Below are positions 25,070 through 38,092 of a DNA stretch of 64,000 nucleotides, in pieces (the first letter of the stretch is position 1; every line of letters starts with the position of its first letter). The position numbers were made by a program, and so were the translations under genes. The notes beneath the pieces were generated by a model. That model was not told the DNA's origin. It searched no databases and saw nothing but the letters and a program-made list of their open reading frames with translations. Source of the DNA: Spizellomyces punctatus DAOM BR117 (taxonomy: Eukaryota). The stretch lies in the NCBI GenBank assembly GCA_000182565.2, contig KQ257462.1; one strand, written 5' to 3'.

Positions 25070-25705
25070 GGTCGAGGGAACTATTTCTTGCACTGCGTTT
25101 TTCAAAAGTGATGTAGAGGTGATGCAGTGACGTGAGCAACAGTGGTCGCAGCTAGGCTTTAAGTCAATTTCGCTAGGTTTATTCAACAAATGTTATTGAG
25201 CAATGTCCCTCCAAAACTTTCAGTTAATGTCACGCGCCTACCGTCGTCGTTTCCGCCCCCGCGCCCTTTTGAATTTATTCAGCAACCCTTGGCGGGAGGA
25301 ATATCGCTGTGCGGGATTTGGGATTTGAAGCGAAATGCTTTGTTCTTTTCAGGCCCAGTTTTGCTATTGAAGGGCATCTATCATTGGGTTTCGCATTGAG
25401 GGAATAACGGCATGATGCCTAGCCTCACAATTCATGTTCTCGTTACTATTAAAGACTCTTTACTATTGAAGAGCAATATATCTGCGTCTGCCGCCAAACC
25501 CATCTCAAACCAACTGGCACTTTATCCTTGCTCTTCTCTTATGCTTTCTGGCACTGCCTGCACAAAGTAGACGATATTCGCAAAGGGTTTCGCTACAGCA
25601 GGACACGACGCGACACGACACGACGCGGTATTCAGCCCAAAGTATTTTGTTTTGTTTACTCACCACTCTGGAGTCCACTTCAATTCTTGACTCGAGCTTT
25701 TCACC

Positions 25706-26818
25706 ATGGCCGCATCACACGCACTCATTTACGGGGGAGCAGGCGCCCTCGGACGATCCATCGTAGGCCAATTCCGCAAAGCTCAATGGGTAAGCCTTCC
25801 CCTCATGACCGCCCACCAACACAACACCAACACTCTATCTACAACAGACAGTCACCTCCATTGACTTTACACCCAACACCGAAGCAACACACAACATTGT
25901 CCTCGAACTGTCGGCCGCATCCGATTTGGATAAGACGGGTCGCGATGTGGAATTGAAGGTGGGGGATGTTGTCAAGGAACAAAATTTTGGAGCGGTTGTG
26001 AATGCAGCTGGCGGATGGGCAGGAGGTGCCTTGACGGATGAGGGTGAGCATCTGCTATGAAAGATAAGCGATAATGGAAAACTCATTTTATTCTAGGACT
26101 GTACAAAAATGTTACTTTGATGACGGCGCAGAGTGTTCATACATCGGTAATTGCGGCGAGAGTAGCTGCTCTACATCTTCAAGAGTATGTGCCAGATAAG
26201 ATGATGATCCCTGCTGCGTATTGAATTCGATTCTCAGGGGTGGGCTGTTGACATTAATCGGGGCGAGTGCAGCGACGAAGGGAACCCCAGGAATGGTATG
26301 TGTAAAGCGCAAGTAGATCCCAAAGTGTAGTGAATCTGATTTGTTTCTGCCAGGTCGCATACGGTCTTGCCAAAGCCGCCGTACACCAACTGGTTCAATC
26401 TGCTGCGGGCCCTGGAAGCGGATTGCCTACCGGTGCCAAAGCGACTGCGTAAGTGCCGTGTTGTGTCTGTGCATTTTGGCAATCTTGTTCTATCTGTTGA
26501 CTTTCCTGTAGTATTTTACCGTAGGTGTTTAGATGTTTACTGTCAGACACTCTATTGATGTATATCCGAGTACAGCATCACCTTAGATACACCTATGAAC
26601 CGCAAGTTTATGCCTGATGCTGATTACTCGACCTGGACTCCGCTTGAGACGGTTGCCGAGTAAGTGGCTACCGTTGTGTTATAGCTTAGATCACTCATCA
26701 ATTTGTGCAATTTTGTAGAAAAATTGTGGACTGGGCTACAGGCAAGGATGCTGCTGAAAACGGAGGACTGTACAAAGTCGTAACCAAGAGTGGAAAGACA
26801 GAATTTGTGATTGTGTAA
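25706..26818 (+). CDS. QDPR: Dihydropteridine reductase (SDR family)
   Basis: [68 protein letters not shown]. Confidence 0.93.
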
Positions 26819-27048
26819 GAGGCTGTTGTTTTGTTTCCAGGGATTATGCATGATGGCATTATTCAGCATTGTTGTATTACATGGCATACAAAACTGCTAC
26901 ATTTCATAATTGCTAGCTATGTACTGCTTTAATATTCTTTTTTCACCACGAAGAAGCCAATACTATCCCTGTTGACTCCCACAATGTCTTTGGACATTAG
27001 CACCCCAACAAAACAGAAAGGGATCCTGCAATACATGTCCCCATCTTT

Positions 27049-28476
27049 TTACACCCCACGTAACAATGCCATAGACGAAAGTGTCTTTTGCGTACTAGGC
27101 GGTTCAACAGCATCATCCAAAACAGACCGATCAGACGGGTACATTGCGAACAACTTTAGCACTTCCTGACCAATGGTGGACATCAGTTCTTGTGTATCAC
27201 GCGAGTTTGGCACCGGTTTGTTTTCATTCGCTCTGTACGATAACAGAAGATAGACATGGGCCAATGCACCTTACCATATTACCAAAACAAGACATCATAC
27301 GTACGGGACTCTCAAATGCCTGAACACCTGATTTGGTACATCCTTTACAAGCAGCCACTCGAGCTTAAATACGCCCTTCCATTTCTGAGGATGCTCCCAC
27401 ACATCTGTCGACGCATTCCAATCTACGCTGCTGGTCATGCGTGCCACACCGCAAAAGCGCCCCGAAGAGGCTACTGAGAAAAAGAGGAACACCAGGGGTG
27501 GACTCCGGGTTGAGGTTCTAAAAGCCGTGTCGAGCCGGCGGTTACCGAGGTCCGTTGACGACCAGATGTTGTATCGGAGGGAGGCTTGGACGTTGTAGGG
27601 GCTTGAAGATTTGATGACAAAGTATCTAGCCTTTCAAGATTGTTACTTTTGTTTCATGCAAAGGGGACTAGGTGTTTGCACTCACTGCATCGGGTTTAGC
27701 CTTTGTGGGCCTTTCGTGCTTTTTTGGCAGAGGTATCACGCTAGGAGTCAACAAAGGCACTTGTTCCATGAACCGGCTTGCAGCGTCGCTCCATTCTGGG
27801 GTTTTCGCAGATTCAAATGGAGGTGGGTTCAGCGCTAGGCGATCTAAATTGGACTCTGAAACTATTCTCTTTCATATAAGCTTCTTTGAACAAAATGCCG
27901 GATTAAAAGTAACTGGGTGTACCCAATGTTTGAATCCCAGTGAACAACTTGCTCTCCTGCATGTCCAACCCAGAAAACGCAGTTGCTTTTGCCATATTCT
28001 CGGACTGTGGTGTCACCTGGCATCCCCACTCGGGGAGACGATATGTGAATGAAGATGTGGTGCTGGGTGATTTGATGAGTGCGAGACCAGTGTCAAAGGA
28101 CGAGGACCGGGAGCGCTGTCCTTCGAGGACGCCTGATTGGTAGCCTTCGTTAACTGCAGGATAGAGATGACACAAAGCAATGGGTAGCGTACTTTTCATA
28201 GTATCATTGGGGACACTGCTCCTCCTGGCCCAAGCATCCCATCCTAATTCTTTTTCGTACATGCGGTTCCAAAAGAGAACAAATCTCGTTCCAAAAGCAA
28301 AAAGACAGACAAGCACCTAGAATAAAGTGCACTAAACAAAACAGCTGTGGGCTGAGGGGAGAGGGTAAGTAACTGCTCATTAACACACAGTTAGTTCACC
28401 CGCACGGTGTGAGAAAGATCCTGTTTCAATCCCAACCCTACCTAGAAGGCAGAGGGTCTCCATCAACCTCCATCAT
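27049..28476 (-). CDS. YTH-domain m6A reader (YTHDF/Pho92-like); 5' exons approximate
   Basis: YFVIKSSSPYNVQASLRYNIWSSTDLGNRRLDTAF; VFLFFSVASSGRFCGVARM; KWKGVFKLEW; ENKPVPNSRDTQEL. Confidence 0.92.
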
Positions 28477-28994
28477 TTCCAATCATCACTAATTTTCTAT
28501 CGCATGACGAAACGTCCTACCAACTGCTCAAAATAAATAAACGGAGCTGTCAAACTCTTATATTTAAATCTCTGCACGGCTACGGAGGGGGTTTCTAAGC
28601 AAAGCCAAAAAGAAACCCCGCAAGAACTGTGGTTTCGTCATGCTGGATCCGGAACCTGATCAACCCAGCCCTACAAAAGCATGTGAAGAAAAGCAACTTG
28701 GAATCATCTCACTCGAGAAACGATGGGCTTGAGCGACCGCTTGATCGGTAGTGTGGCGCAGGCGCTTACGAATCGCGAATCTTGTGGTGAACACACCATG
28801 GAAGCTTTGTCCGCGTCGTTTTGTTTATGGTGTTTTGACTTTTTAGCACATGCTTTTCGAGTGAGGTTTTATTCCAAGGCCCTTCTTTACCAAAATTACC
28901 TCTCATTTATAACAACGTTCAGCATTTGATCAAACCTCTGCAAACCTCAAACCTGTCATTTTCCTTTGGTAGTTTACGTCGCGGCCGTCAGCGT

Positions 28995-29992
28995 ATGTCA
29001 AAACCCATTCCAAGGGGTTGCACCAAGCCAATTATTAAAGCCCTCTCTGCTTGCACATCAGCCCACACAAGTAAGCACCAAACAATGCCCGTGCGACACA
29101 TGTTTGTCCCGACAACACCTTACGAAACTGCACGTGCAGCACGGATTGAGTTACTGCGTTCCAAAATGGCTGAAATGGGGTTATTGGAAGATCGACCGGT
29201 AGAGCGTACGCCAACGCCAGAAAAAAGATTGTTGCGGAAAAGGGTAAGTGCTAATGTTTATCGCACTTTTTGATAACGTTAATTAATATTTCATATCTAT
29301 TTAATACATTAATAATCTGTTGAATCTAGGCAAACAAAGTAGCACCGCGATATTCTCTAAGATTACAGAATGAGGTACTGTATCAGTGAGGGTTACTTTT
29401 GTTTTTAAAATGCCTAATGATGCTGTCGCTCTCAGGTTGATCAAGGTAAGTGTAAAGCATCGTCCATTGCTACTGACGTGCAGCCAGATCCAAACGTCAG
29501 GCAGATTGCCGAGCAGGTAAGTTCAGTACGTTCCAACTCACAATTCCGTCTTAAACTGACATCTACTTGAATAAGCAACCCACTTCCGCCAGCAGCAAAC
29601 CTCCACAACCTGACCTCTCCCCGGATGACACCATTCTTCTCCTCTCCACGTCCAAATCTCACCCCTTTCACCTCGCTCGTCTCAAGCACGTCCCCGCCAA
29701 AAGGACATGGGACACCCCAATAACGGTTTTCTTTTACAACCCCCTCCCCACACCAATCATGAGTCATGTAGCTTACACACTCGATTCAACACCCCACAAA
29801 GCCCACATCGGAAATACAATTGACAATGGGGAACGATATCCAAAAATGGTAACGTTGGAATGGGATGAGGATGATGTGACGCAAGTAGGGTGCCAGAAGA
29901 TCTATTGGGTCGAAAGTGAATTGTGGTATGCCTTTTGTGTTTTGGCGGAAAGGAATCGAAAGCAAGGGACAGTTGCATTGGAAAGGAAGTGA
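28995..29992 (+). CDS. Hypothetical multi-exon protein
   Basis: Coding-like pieces TPYETARAARIELLRSKMAEMGLL and PDDTILLLSTSKSHPFHLARL...YWVESELWYAFC, separated by GT-AG introns. Confidence 0.5.
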
Positions 29993-31970
29993 AAAGGACA
30001 CTTTTGGTTGTTTTTTCTTGCTTTTGCAATCATGCCGGGATGGACTTTATTTTCTTTTAGCAAATCTTTTTGCGGTAATGTTATGGTATAATTTGTTATG
30101 GCTTTGCCCCAAAGATTCTTTGCTTGATATCACTCCCATCCCCGCATTTATATGATATGCATACTATCATCGTGATATGACAATAGCACTTGTTGGCAGC
30201 GCGTCCGAAATGGTATACTCCAACACGTTTGTCCAGCAATAGCTGCCCAAAATTTGGATTCGTTTTCCATAACAGATGCTGAAATGCTGTATAATCGAGA
30301 GTGAGCTTCGGACATTAAAGCCGAGTTACAAGATTTGTATCTGCAAGACGTTTGCCGGGAGCTCAGAAAGGCTCAAGGGTCAGAGTACAGAGTATCGCCA
30401 TGAGCAGCCCCACATTTCCAGTATAGCTCCATCTTGTCCAGTTGCATTTGCCAGAGCATTGCTGTAGGAGATGGGACGGCACTTATTTGGTATTAGATTT
30501 CCTGACTCGCTGCTGCATCATCTCCCACATTGAAGTAGGTATGGATGCCAAGAAAAGTCCGGACCTGCCGTCGACTTGAAGGGTCCCAGCAAACCCTTAT
30601 CGAGTCTGTTCCCTGGTCATACGCATGGGAGTTGGAATGATCTGGGAATTCACCCACGCCGATGTAATGGGCTGCGACTATGGTCATCTGGAGCATCCCT
30701 GGATCAAAAGTATGGAGGTCTCAGAGATCTCCACAACCCCGCAGTCCAAGTCTTTTTGAAAATCGCAACATAGCCCAGTTTGCTCCTGCTGGTCACGATG
30801 CATAAACTACATAAAACTGCGCTAAACAGTCAGATAGTATCCCCTTCCACCACAGGGATCCCAGGTGCTCGAGTCATCTGGTGCGTCACTTAGCTTTGGT
30901 TTTCTCATGAACTGTCCTGTCAGACTGCCCAGGAGTTGGGAACTAGTAGTTAATCTCACAAACATGGTCATCTCCACCTTTCGTCACTACCTGGAAGATC
31001 ACCTGCGTCTTTTTCAAAGGGGCAGATTTATGGAAACACTGTAGATGGATGGGTTAGGGTTAGAACCATCAGCAAGGATCTTCTTGCGAGATGATATGAA
31101 AGACAAGCTTATGTAAATCCACACTGAGGAGGTGTGAATCCCAGGCATGTCCTGAGACTGCCAGGTATTTTCCACCTCGTGGTCCTTCCTGGGAATGATT
31201 GGGCAATCTGTCCACGTTACAGAACAATACCCAAGGATAGTACATTAAGACTGGAAAGTAAACTATCGTGGCAATGTACAGCATATATGAAAAGGGATAT
31301 CAAATCGTCCCAAAAGACAGTACATAAACTCGTTATGACAGTATTGGTTGAATGATTATCGACATTTACCGCCTTTCTCATGACTGAACTCCTCTGCGCA
31401 CACGGAGCGAACCTTGGTCGATCATGCAAAATCATGGATGTATCTAGACAAAATCGTCTGCCTGTTGTCCCACAAAGAATATTATTTGCAAACATCTACT
31501 GGGTAGGTGCAAGACCAGGCCATCATGGTATTTCCCATTGTCCGAAATGCGTCACGTCCTATATGGCGATACCTTGTGGTCCATATATGCCTTGTTTAAT
31601 GTTGGATAACCAGAGGACTCCGCCTCCTTTGGGCTTCTTGAACTTGGCTTGTTATGAGCTCATTGTAGCGTTTTCCATTAAGTAAACTGGTGACTCCAGC
31701 TGCAAAGCGAGAGGCTTGCAGCTGACTAATGTTCCGTCAACTAGCATCACTATCTGCATGTACGTTGACATCGTTTAGAGGGCTTGCCCACCGCGTGAGG
31801 TTGTCACAATCCCAAATGACGGCAAATGTCTTCGCAGATGACGCTGGGAAAAACTCATCTTTCGCCTCTTTCTCCTCCTCGCAGAACCAGTTTACCCAAA
31901 AACGAACATAAGTTTTGCGTCGAAACTCTCAGAAAAAGAAGAAGCATATCAAATCACGATACATAAAGAA

Positions 31971-32344
31971 ATGAACCGCAACAATACGTCTCCCGAGTCC
32001 GCCGGAACCCGCAAAGCAGTCGATTCAGCAGCCGGGTAAATAGCCAAAGTCTTGTCCAGCAGGTCATGTAGCTGTGAATAACTTGGGTGTTCTTTTTGGA
32101 AAGGGTCACTGGCCAAACAGCGCAGACGGCAGGCCAAACTGCCGAAGCGGGCGTTGGAGTCGTGCCAGCACTTGTGGGCACGGTTGGTGATGTCGCAGGA
32201 ACCTTAGTCGGCGGAGTTGCAGACGTTACCGGCGCCACTCTTGGTGCGGTATCTGGTGGTGTGGGCTCCACGTTGGGTGCCACGAAGAATCTTGTGGGGT
32301 CCCTGGGGCTCGGGAGCAAAAGTGAGGAAGGAAAGAAGCAGTGA
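31971..32344 (+). CDS. Small Gly/Val/Thr-rich protein (cluster member)
   Basis: MNRNNTSPESAGTRKAVDSAAG, intron ~32036-32103, then VTGQTAQTAGQTAEAGVGVVPALVGTVGDVAGTLVGGVADVTGATLGAVSGGVGSTLGATKNLVGSLGLG...*; the splice keeps frame. Confidence 0.75.
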
Positions 32345-32737
32345 GAAGATCTGACAATGAACCGTTGTTTGGTGTGCAGCTTTGCTATATTTGCATAACC
32401 TGTTTGTTTTCGAGTCAATACATTTGTGTATGATATGTAAATAAATTCGTCGAGGGCGCAATCACAAACATCTTTTCTAAAAGCGAAGAACGAAAAAGCA
32501 TGTTGCGGCACATAGTTGTGAAAAGATGAATTAACGGATGTGATCATGTACCCGCAATCTAAAGCCTTGCAATGCCTGTATACACAAAGCCCTAAGTGGA
32601 GGCCAACTGCTGTACTTCAAACCTGGTAGTCGCAGGATCTCACAGGGGTCAAAGCTATTGGAAAACGTCTGATAGGAAACACATGCAAAGATTTGACGGT
32701 AACTAACCAATATACTCAACTCAATAAACATTTCAAC

Positions 32738-33178
32738 TTAATAGTCCATCTTCGTCCGCTTGACGTGTCTCCAACCACTGAGGGTGCTATTATATCTTTG
32801 AAAAGATACGGCACTGTCGTCCTGGCGGTTGATCCCATCATGGAACATCTGGTGCCTGGCGGTAGAATCACGATTCGGGAAGGGCAAAGATGTCAGAAAC
32901 CACTTATCCATCATGCCGCACATGAGGAAGATCGAAACTCGCGTAGCAGCTGCGAGAGCACGCTTGATGATTTTCAGCCGATGGACAGCGATGACCATAT
33001 TCCCGTATTCTGCTTTGATTTCAAATTGACACCTTATCCACCTTTGCTTTGTTGGGTGTCCTTTCCACTTATAATACATCCGTAGCTTCATATTTTTGAC
33101 TGGCTCGCATGATGGTCCCGTAGGCGCTTCTGGCGGTTGCCAGTTCAACTCAGTGTCATACCCGGAACTCAACTCCAC
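32738..33178 (-). CDS. Hypothetical ORF inside the cluster (start uncertain)
   Basis: 146-codon ORF with protein-like composition, no recognised motif, non-ATG start in the ORF track. Confidence 0.3.
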   Translation of the reverse strand: MELSSGYDTELNWQPPEAPTGPSCEPVKNMKLRMYYKWKGHPTKQRWIRCQFEIKAEYGNMVIAVHRLKIIKRALAAATRVSIFLMCGMMDKWFLTSLPFPNRDSTARHQMFHDGINRQDDSAVSFQRYNSTLSGWRHVKRTKMDY

Positions 33179-33760
33179 TCACTTTTTCAAATTCTAGTAC
33201 GCAAACTTTCTTCTACACTGCCCGGTCCGGCTGATTTTCTCATTTCAACATTCTCCCTTTTAGCATTCATCATTACAGTATTGCTCCCCTCAGCGTTGAC
33301 AGGCAACACCTACCCGGGATCACGACAGAAAAAAAAAGCGTTAACTCGCGGGAATGTTGAACTGCGGGAAATGCGAGCTGCGGGTGCCCAACATGTAACC
33401 TACTCTTTTATTTTTCTCAACCGCACGTTAGACAGCCAGACAGCATGCAAGCTCTCTCGTGCGCTGGAACACACCCACCCGACCCAAATCATGAGTTGGC
33501 GACAACCAAGGTCGTGCGCAAGAAGCTGTCTCGTTCTTTTTTACCGTCGATTCTACATAGTAGCTTAGTAAATAGCTTGGTAGCTTCGACCATGTGTATT
33601 GTGGGACTTGACGCTATACATGATACAGATCATTGATGTACATATATACGGACTACTGGACTACTGCACTAATGCCGCTGACTAAAAAACTGACTCCGCT
33701 AAACTCTCGTATGATGTGACCCATGTCCAAAGGCTACAGGTTATGCCTATGCACAAATAG

Positions 33761-36700
33761 CTATTTTTTTTTGCTTCCTGTCAGAGGACTCAACACCTTG
33801 CCGAGACCAAGGGCCTCGAGCACCTTCGTGATGCCGAGTCCGCCAAGCAGACCGCCAAGTAGACCATTGACGAGGGCGCCGAGGCCAAGGCCGTGGAGCT
33901 ACGAATTGGATCAGTAAACATAAGTACGTGGAACAATCTCGCTGACTACCCTCACCAATTGGCCCACTAAACCTAAGACTCCGCTGAGCAGAAGTCCGAC
34001 AGCAGCCAAAATCTGGAAAAGAGGTTCTGCTTTGCATTGTTAGCGTTCGTTCAGCGTGTGCAAAATAGAAATAAAGGGATGTCCTCACCTGTCAATAGGC
34101 CCCAGAGCGGACTGAGCTCCTTCTTGGCGTGTGGCATGTCGGCAATCTTCACCTTTGCCTTCTCGATAGTCTCGGCAACAGTGCCGGTCAACTGCAGTGT
34201 CGTTTCTGTTAAACTTCGCGGATGCAGAAATAGTACACGGCGAGAGCGCACCTCTTTCAGGTCCTCTGCCAACCGATACTCCTCTGGGGTCGCATCACGT
34301 CCTTCCGGCTTATGCTTTGCGTTCGCTTGAATGTGACCATCGGGATCAAGCGCACGGATCTCGCCGTGCGTCTCCTGCAAAATGCGGCTGCCCTCTTCAA
34401 TGAGCGGTTTCACGGTTTGTACAAGTTTCTCTTCGTCGAGATCTTCCTTGCTCACGTTCTCGGCCGCTTCAATATGCTAGTGATAGGTTAACGCTGACAC
34501 TTGTGGAACATTGCTATTCCGCATGATGTACAGAGCTATCAATCCTCACCGTCATGATCATCTTCATTATGGGGCGGATCTGATCCAGCGACCGTTCGAT
34601 ACAGTTTGCCATCCGCGCCGCCATTTTCTTGTCCTCCTCTAGCTGTCTCCTCCGCTCGGCCTCTTCCGGCGTTTCCGGCTGTTCCTCTGGCTTCGACTCC
34701 GGCTCCGGCTCAGGCTGCGGTTCTGGTACCGGCGTCGGCTCGCGCTCCGGCTCCGGCTCCGGCTCCGGCTCGGGAATATCAGACAGCAGTGATACGTGAC
34801 CTACAATTCTGTTCTTTCCGTCGAGGACATCACCGTCGTCATCGAGTATCTTACCGGCGCATTTCGCAATGTCACCTTCAGTCAACTTGCCGAGCAACTC
34901 GCCTTTATCGTCGAAGACGTTGCCATCCCTGTTGACAATGTGGCCCTTCAAGGGACTGGGTTCCTTTTCCTGCACTTCCTCTTCCCAGCGCTCAGCCTTG
35001 CCAATGACATTGCCGTTGGTATCAAGGATTTCTCCATCGGCGTCAACTTTCTTTCCGTAGAGCTTCTTGGCATCTCCCTCGACCAATCGACCAATGGTAG
35101 CGCCGGTACTATCGACAACTTTGCCATCTTTGTCAACAGTAGCGACGGAGAAGTCTGCAAAGGGGCCGGTCTTCTGGCCCTCGCGCTCGCTTTCCGGAAT
35201 CACCTCGGCGCGACCCACCACTGTACCGCCTTCGTTCCAGACGCGACCGTCCTTGTCGCACATCTTGCCCGCCAGCTTCGTTGGATCGCCTTCCACCAGA
35301 CGGCCATAGATGACCCCTGCAGAATCGACAACATTGCCGTATTTGTTTACGCGCTTGCCAGCCAATGCGGACTGGTCGACCATCTGCTCTTCAATTGCTT
35401 CCTCTTCCCAGCGCTCAGCCTTGCCAATGACATTGCCGTTGGTATCAAGGATTTCTCCATCGGCGTCAACTTTCTTTCCGTAGAGCTTCTTGGCGTCTCC
35501 CTCGACCAATCGACCAATGGTAGCGCCGGTACTATCGACAACTTTGCCATCTCTGTCAACAGTAGCGACGGAGAAGTCTGCAAAGGGGCCGGTCTTCTGG
35601 CCCTCGCGCTCGCTTTCCGGAATCACCTCGGCGCGACCCACCACTGTGCCGCCTTCGTTCCAGACGCGACCGTCCTTGTCGCACATCTTGCCCGCCAGCT
35701 TCGTTGGATCGCCTTCCACCAGACGGCCATAGATGACCCCTGCAGAATCGACAACATTGCCGTATTTGTTTACGCGCTTGCCAGCCAATGCGGACTGGTC
35801 GACCATCTGCTCTTCAATTGCTTCCTCTTCCCAGCGCTCAGCTTTACCGATCACATTGCCGTTGCGGTCGAGGACATCACCCTCCTCGTCGACCTTCTTG
35901 CCGGCCAGCTTCTTTGCGTCACCTTCGACGAGACGGCCAACAGTCTGACCATCGCACTTCACGATGCCGTCCTTGCCGACTACAGAATTGGGAAAGTCCT
36001 CGAATGGTGCTACCGCAGGCTTTTCGCGCTCTTCGAGGGGCACTAGCTCGGCGCGGCCGATGATCCTGCCGGCATCGTTCCAGATCTTGCCCTCAGCGTC
36101 CACCTTCCTGCCGACCAGCTTGGTGATGTCGCCTTCAACGACGCGGCCAAACATTGTACCATTCTCATCGACGACATTTCCCGCTTTATTGACCTTTTTG
36201 CCAGCGAGCAACGAGAGATCGACCGCTGTCTCCTCTTCAGGTTCAGGCTCTTGCTCTTCGGTTCGCTCAGCTTTGCCAATGACATTGCCTTTGCTATCGA
36301 CGACATCGCCGTCGGCATCGACGTTTTTCCCGGCCAGTTTCTTTGCATCTCCCGTCACGAGCTTTCCAATGGTCCTGCCCTGAAAGATGATAGCACCCGA
36401 CTCATCCACTATGGAGTCGGGAAAGTCCTCAAACGGTGCTTCCTCTACTTTCTCGGGTTCTGGAAGTACCTCCGCTTCACCAACGATTGTGCCTCTGTCG
36501 TCCCAGATCTTACCGTCTTTGCCGACGGTTCTGCCGATCAGGGCTGACAACTTCCCACTGATGACTCTCCCAATTACGGTACCTTTGTCATCAACGATAT
36601 TCCCGGCTTTGTTGACTTTGTTGCCCTCCAGCACTGAAAGGTCAACCGGCTCGCTAGCCTCACTCTCCTTGACTTCGCCCTCAACGGTTACAGGGACAGC

Positions 36701-37754
36701 CCCTTCGGCTTCTTCCGCTTGCTGAGATAAATCTGTAACCGTTTTGTCGACGTCCCCGGACTTCTCAGTAACGGCTTCAATTTCGGGCTTTACGGGCGAT
36801 GCAGGCGGCACAGAACCCTAACAATGCGTATCGCATATGAGATGATACTGCTACAGCATGCGACTCGAGTGCCAAGTATACCTCTGTTGGCGCTGTCCCA
36901 CTGGGCAATTTCGTTTCTTCGACTGTGCCTGCTGCTGGGGCTTCCACGTCTTCCTCTACTGCTGTGGTCTCGGATTTTGCATCTTCCATTGAGTAGTCGG
37001 TATCGCGCTTGAGACCTTCAGTTACATTTTGGTCTTGGGGTCCTTCCGGTTCTGTGGCCTTTCCGCTAACACTCTCGACTTCTTTTGTTTCGGGTTTTGT
37101 TGCTTCTTTTGAGTAGTCGGTATCGTGCTTGAGACCCTCAGCTAAATTTTCATCTGCGGCCCTTGCAGCGTCCGCTTCTCCGGTCTTTCCGCTGAAGGGC
37201 TGCACGCTTTTGAATTCTTTTGCATCGGATTTTGCGTCTTCCATTGACTGTTCCGCATCGTGCCTTGTCGGTTCTGCGAACTTTCCGTTAAAGGGCTCCA
37301 CGCCTTCTACTTCCGTTGTGTCGGATCCCTCTTCCGCTACGTCTTTGACTGGGGATCCTGAGCCTTCCCGTTCTGCGGCCTTTGCAATAGCTTTCGCTTC
37401 GATATCATCAGTACGGGACGTCATCTGGAGTTCGGGATCACGCTTGACAGCTTCTGATTCTGCACCTTCCCGTTCTGCGGCCTTTGCAATAGCTCTCGCT
37501 TCGATATCATCAGTACGGGACATCATCTGGACTTCGGGATCACGCTTGACAGCTTCTGATTCTGCACCTTCCCGTTCTGCGGCCTTTGTAATAGCTCTCG
37601 CTTCGGTATCATCAGTACGGGACGTCATCTGGACTTCGGGATCACGCTTGACAGCTTCTGATTCTGCACCTTCCGATTGTGCGATCGTTGCGACAATGTC
37701 GGCTTTATCACCAGTGCGCGAGGTTATTTGGACAGAGAAATGGATTGTACTCAT
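33761..37754 (-). CDS. DUF3659-type repeat 'LEA domain' protein, ~1,225 aa
   Basis: Exons 37754-36882, 36817-34550, 34476-34252, 34191-34089, 34026-33956 and 33898-33761 splice in frame with GT-AG. About ten G-x-x-V-[N/D]-K-x-G-N-V-V-D-x-x-G-x-x-x-G-R-L-V-E-G-D repeats. C-terminus has DEEKLVQTVKPLIEEG and EPLFQILAAVGLLLSGVLGLVGQL...GLGLG. Start codon tentative. Confidence 0.9.
34978..35823. repeat. Near-perfect 423-bp tandem duplication within the DUF3659 gene
   Basis: cctcttcccagcgctcagc at 34978, 35401 and 35824; identical antisense ORFs 35067-35309 and 35490-35732 are offset by 423. Confidence 0.95.
37363..37673. repeat. 102-bp (34-aa) coding tandem repeat x3
   Basis: ccttcccgttctgcggccttt at 37363, 37465 and 37567, encoding AEREGAESEAVKRDPEVQMTSRTDDIEARAIAKA. 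Confidence 0.95.
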
Positions 37755-38092
37755 GCACGCCGCACACTGAAGAAACTTTTCTCGCGGTTCAGCGAGCAAA
37801 ACACGCCTTAAAAGAACGGCGGCGAGGGGGGCGGGCGATTCATATGACGAAGTCAGGTGGGGCTTAAACTATATCCTTCCGTAACCATGCGTCTATCGAA
37901 GGGGGCTTACTCAAAAAGCCCATTCTCCGTTGCGCAATGAGAAATCAAGTGGTCGCATGCCAAGGGTCATCCTTGGGCAGTGACGCGGGACGGGGCTTGC
38001 TCTTGCGGCTTGCTCACAGAACAGTTCCTCAGGATTTCTTCTTCGGACTTCTTGTATCTAGTTGTTATTATTGCAACTGGTGATAAGAAACA

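Noticed and set aside
30493-30696. RQVRTFLG resembling a gypsy RT/RNase H junction
   Set aside because: No YxDD or other RT motif could be read in the flanking frames.
31051-31063. TTAGGG telomere-like motif (also at ~46251)
   Set aside because: Two units or fewer; expected by chance.
34796-36046. 416-aa + strand ORF and other long antisense ORFs (9740-10339, 37129-37770, 62465-63190)
   Set aside because: Shadows of real genes on the opposite strand.
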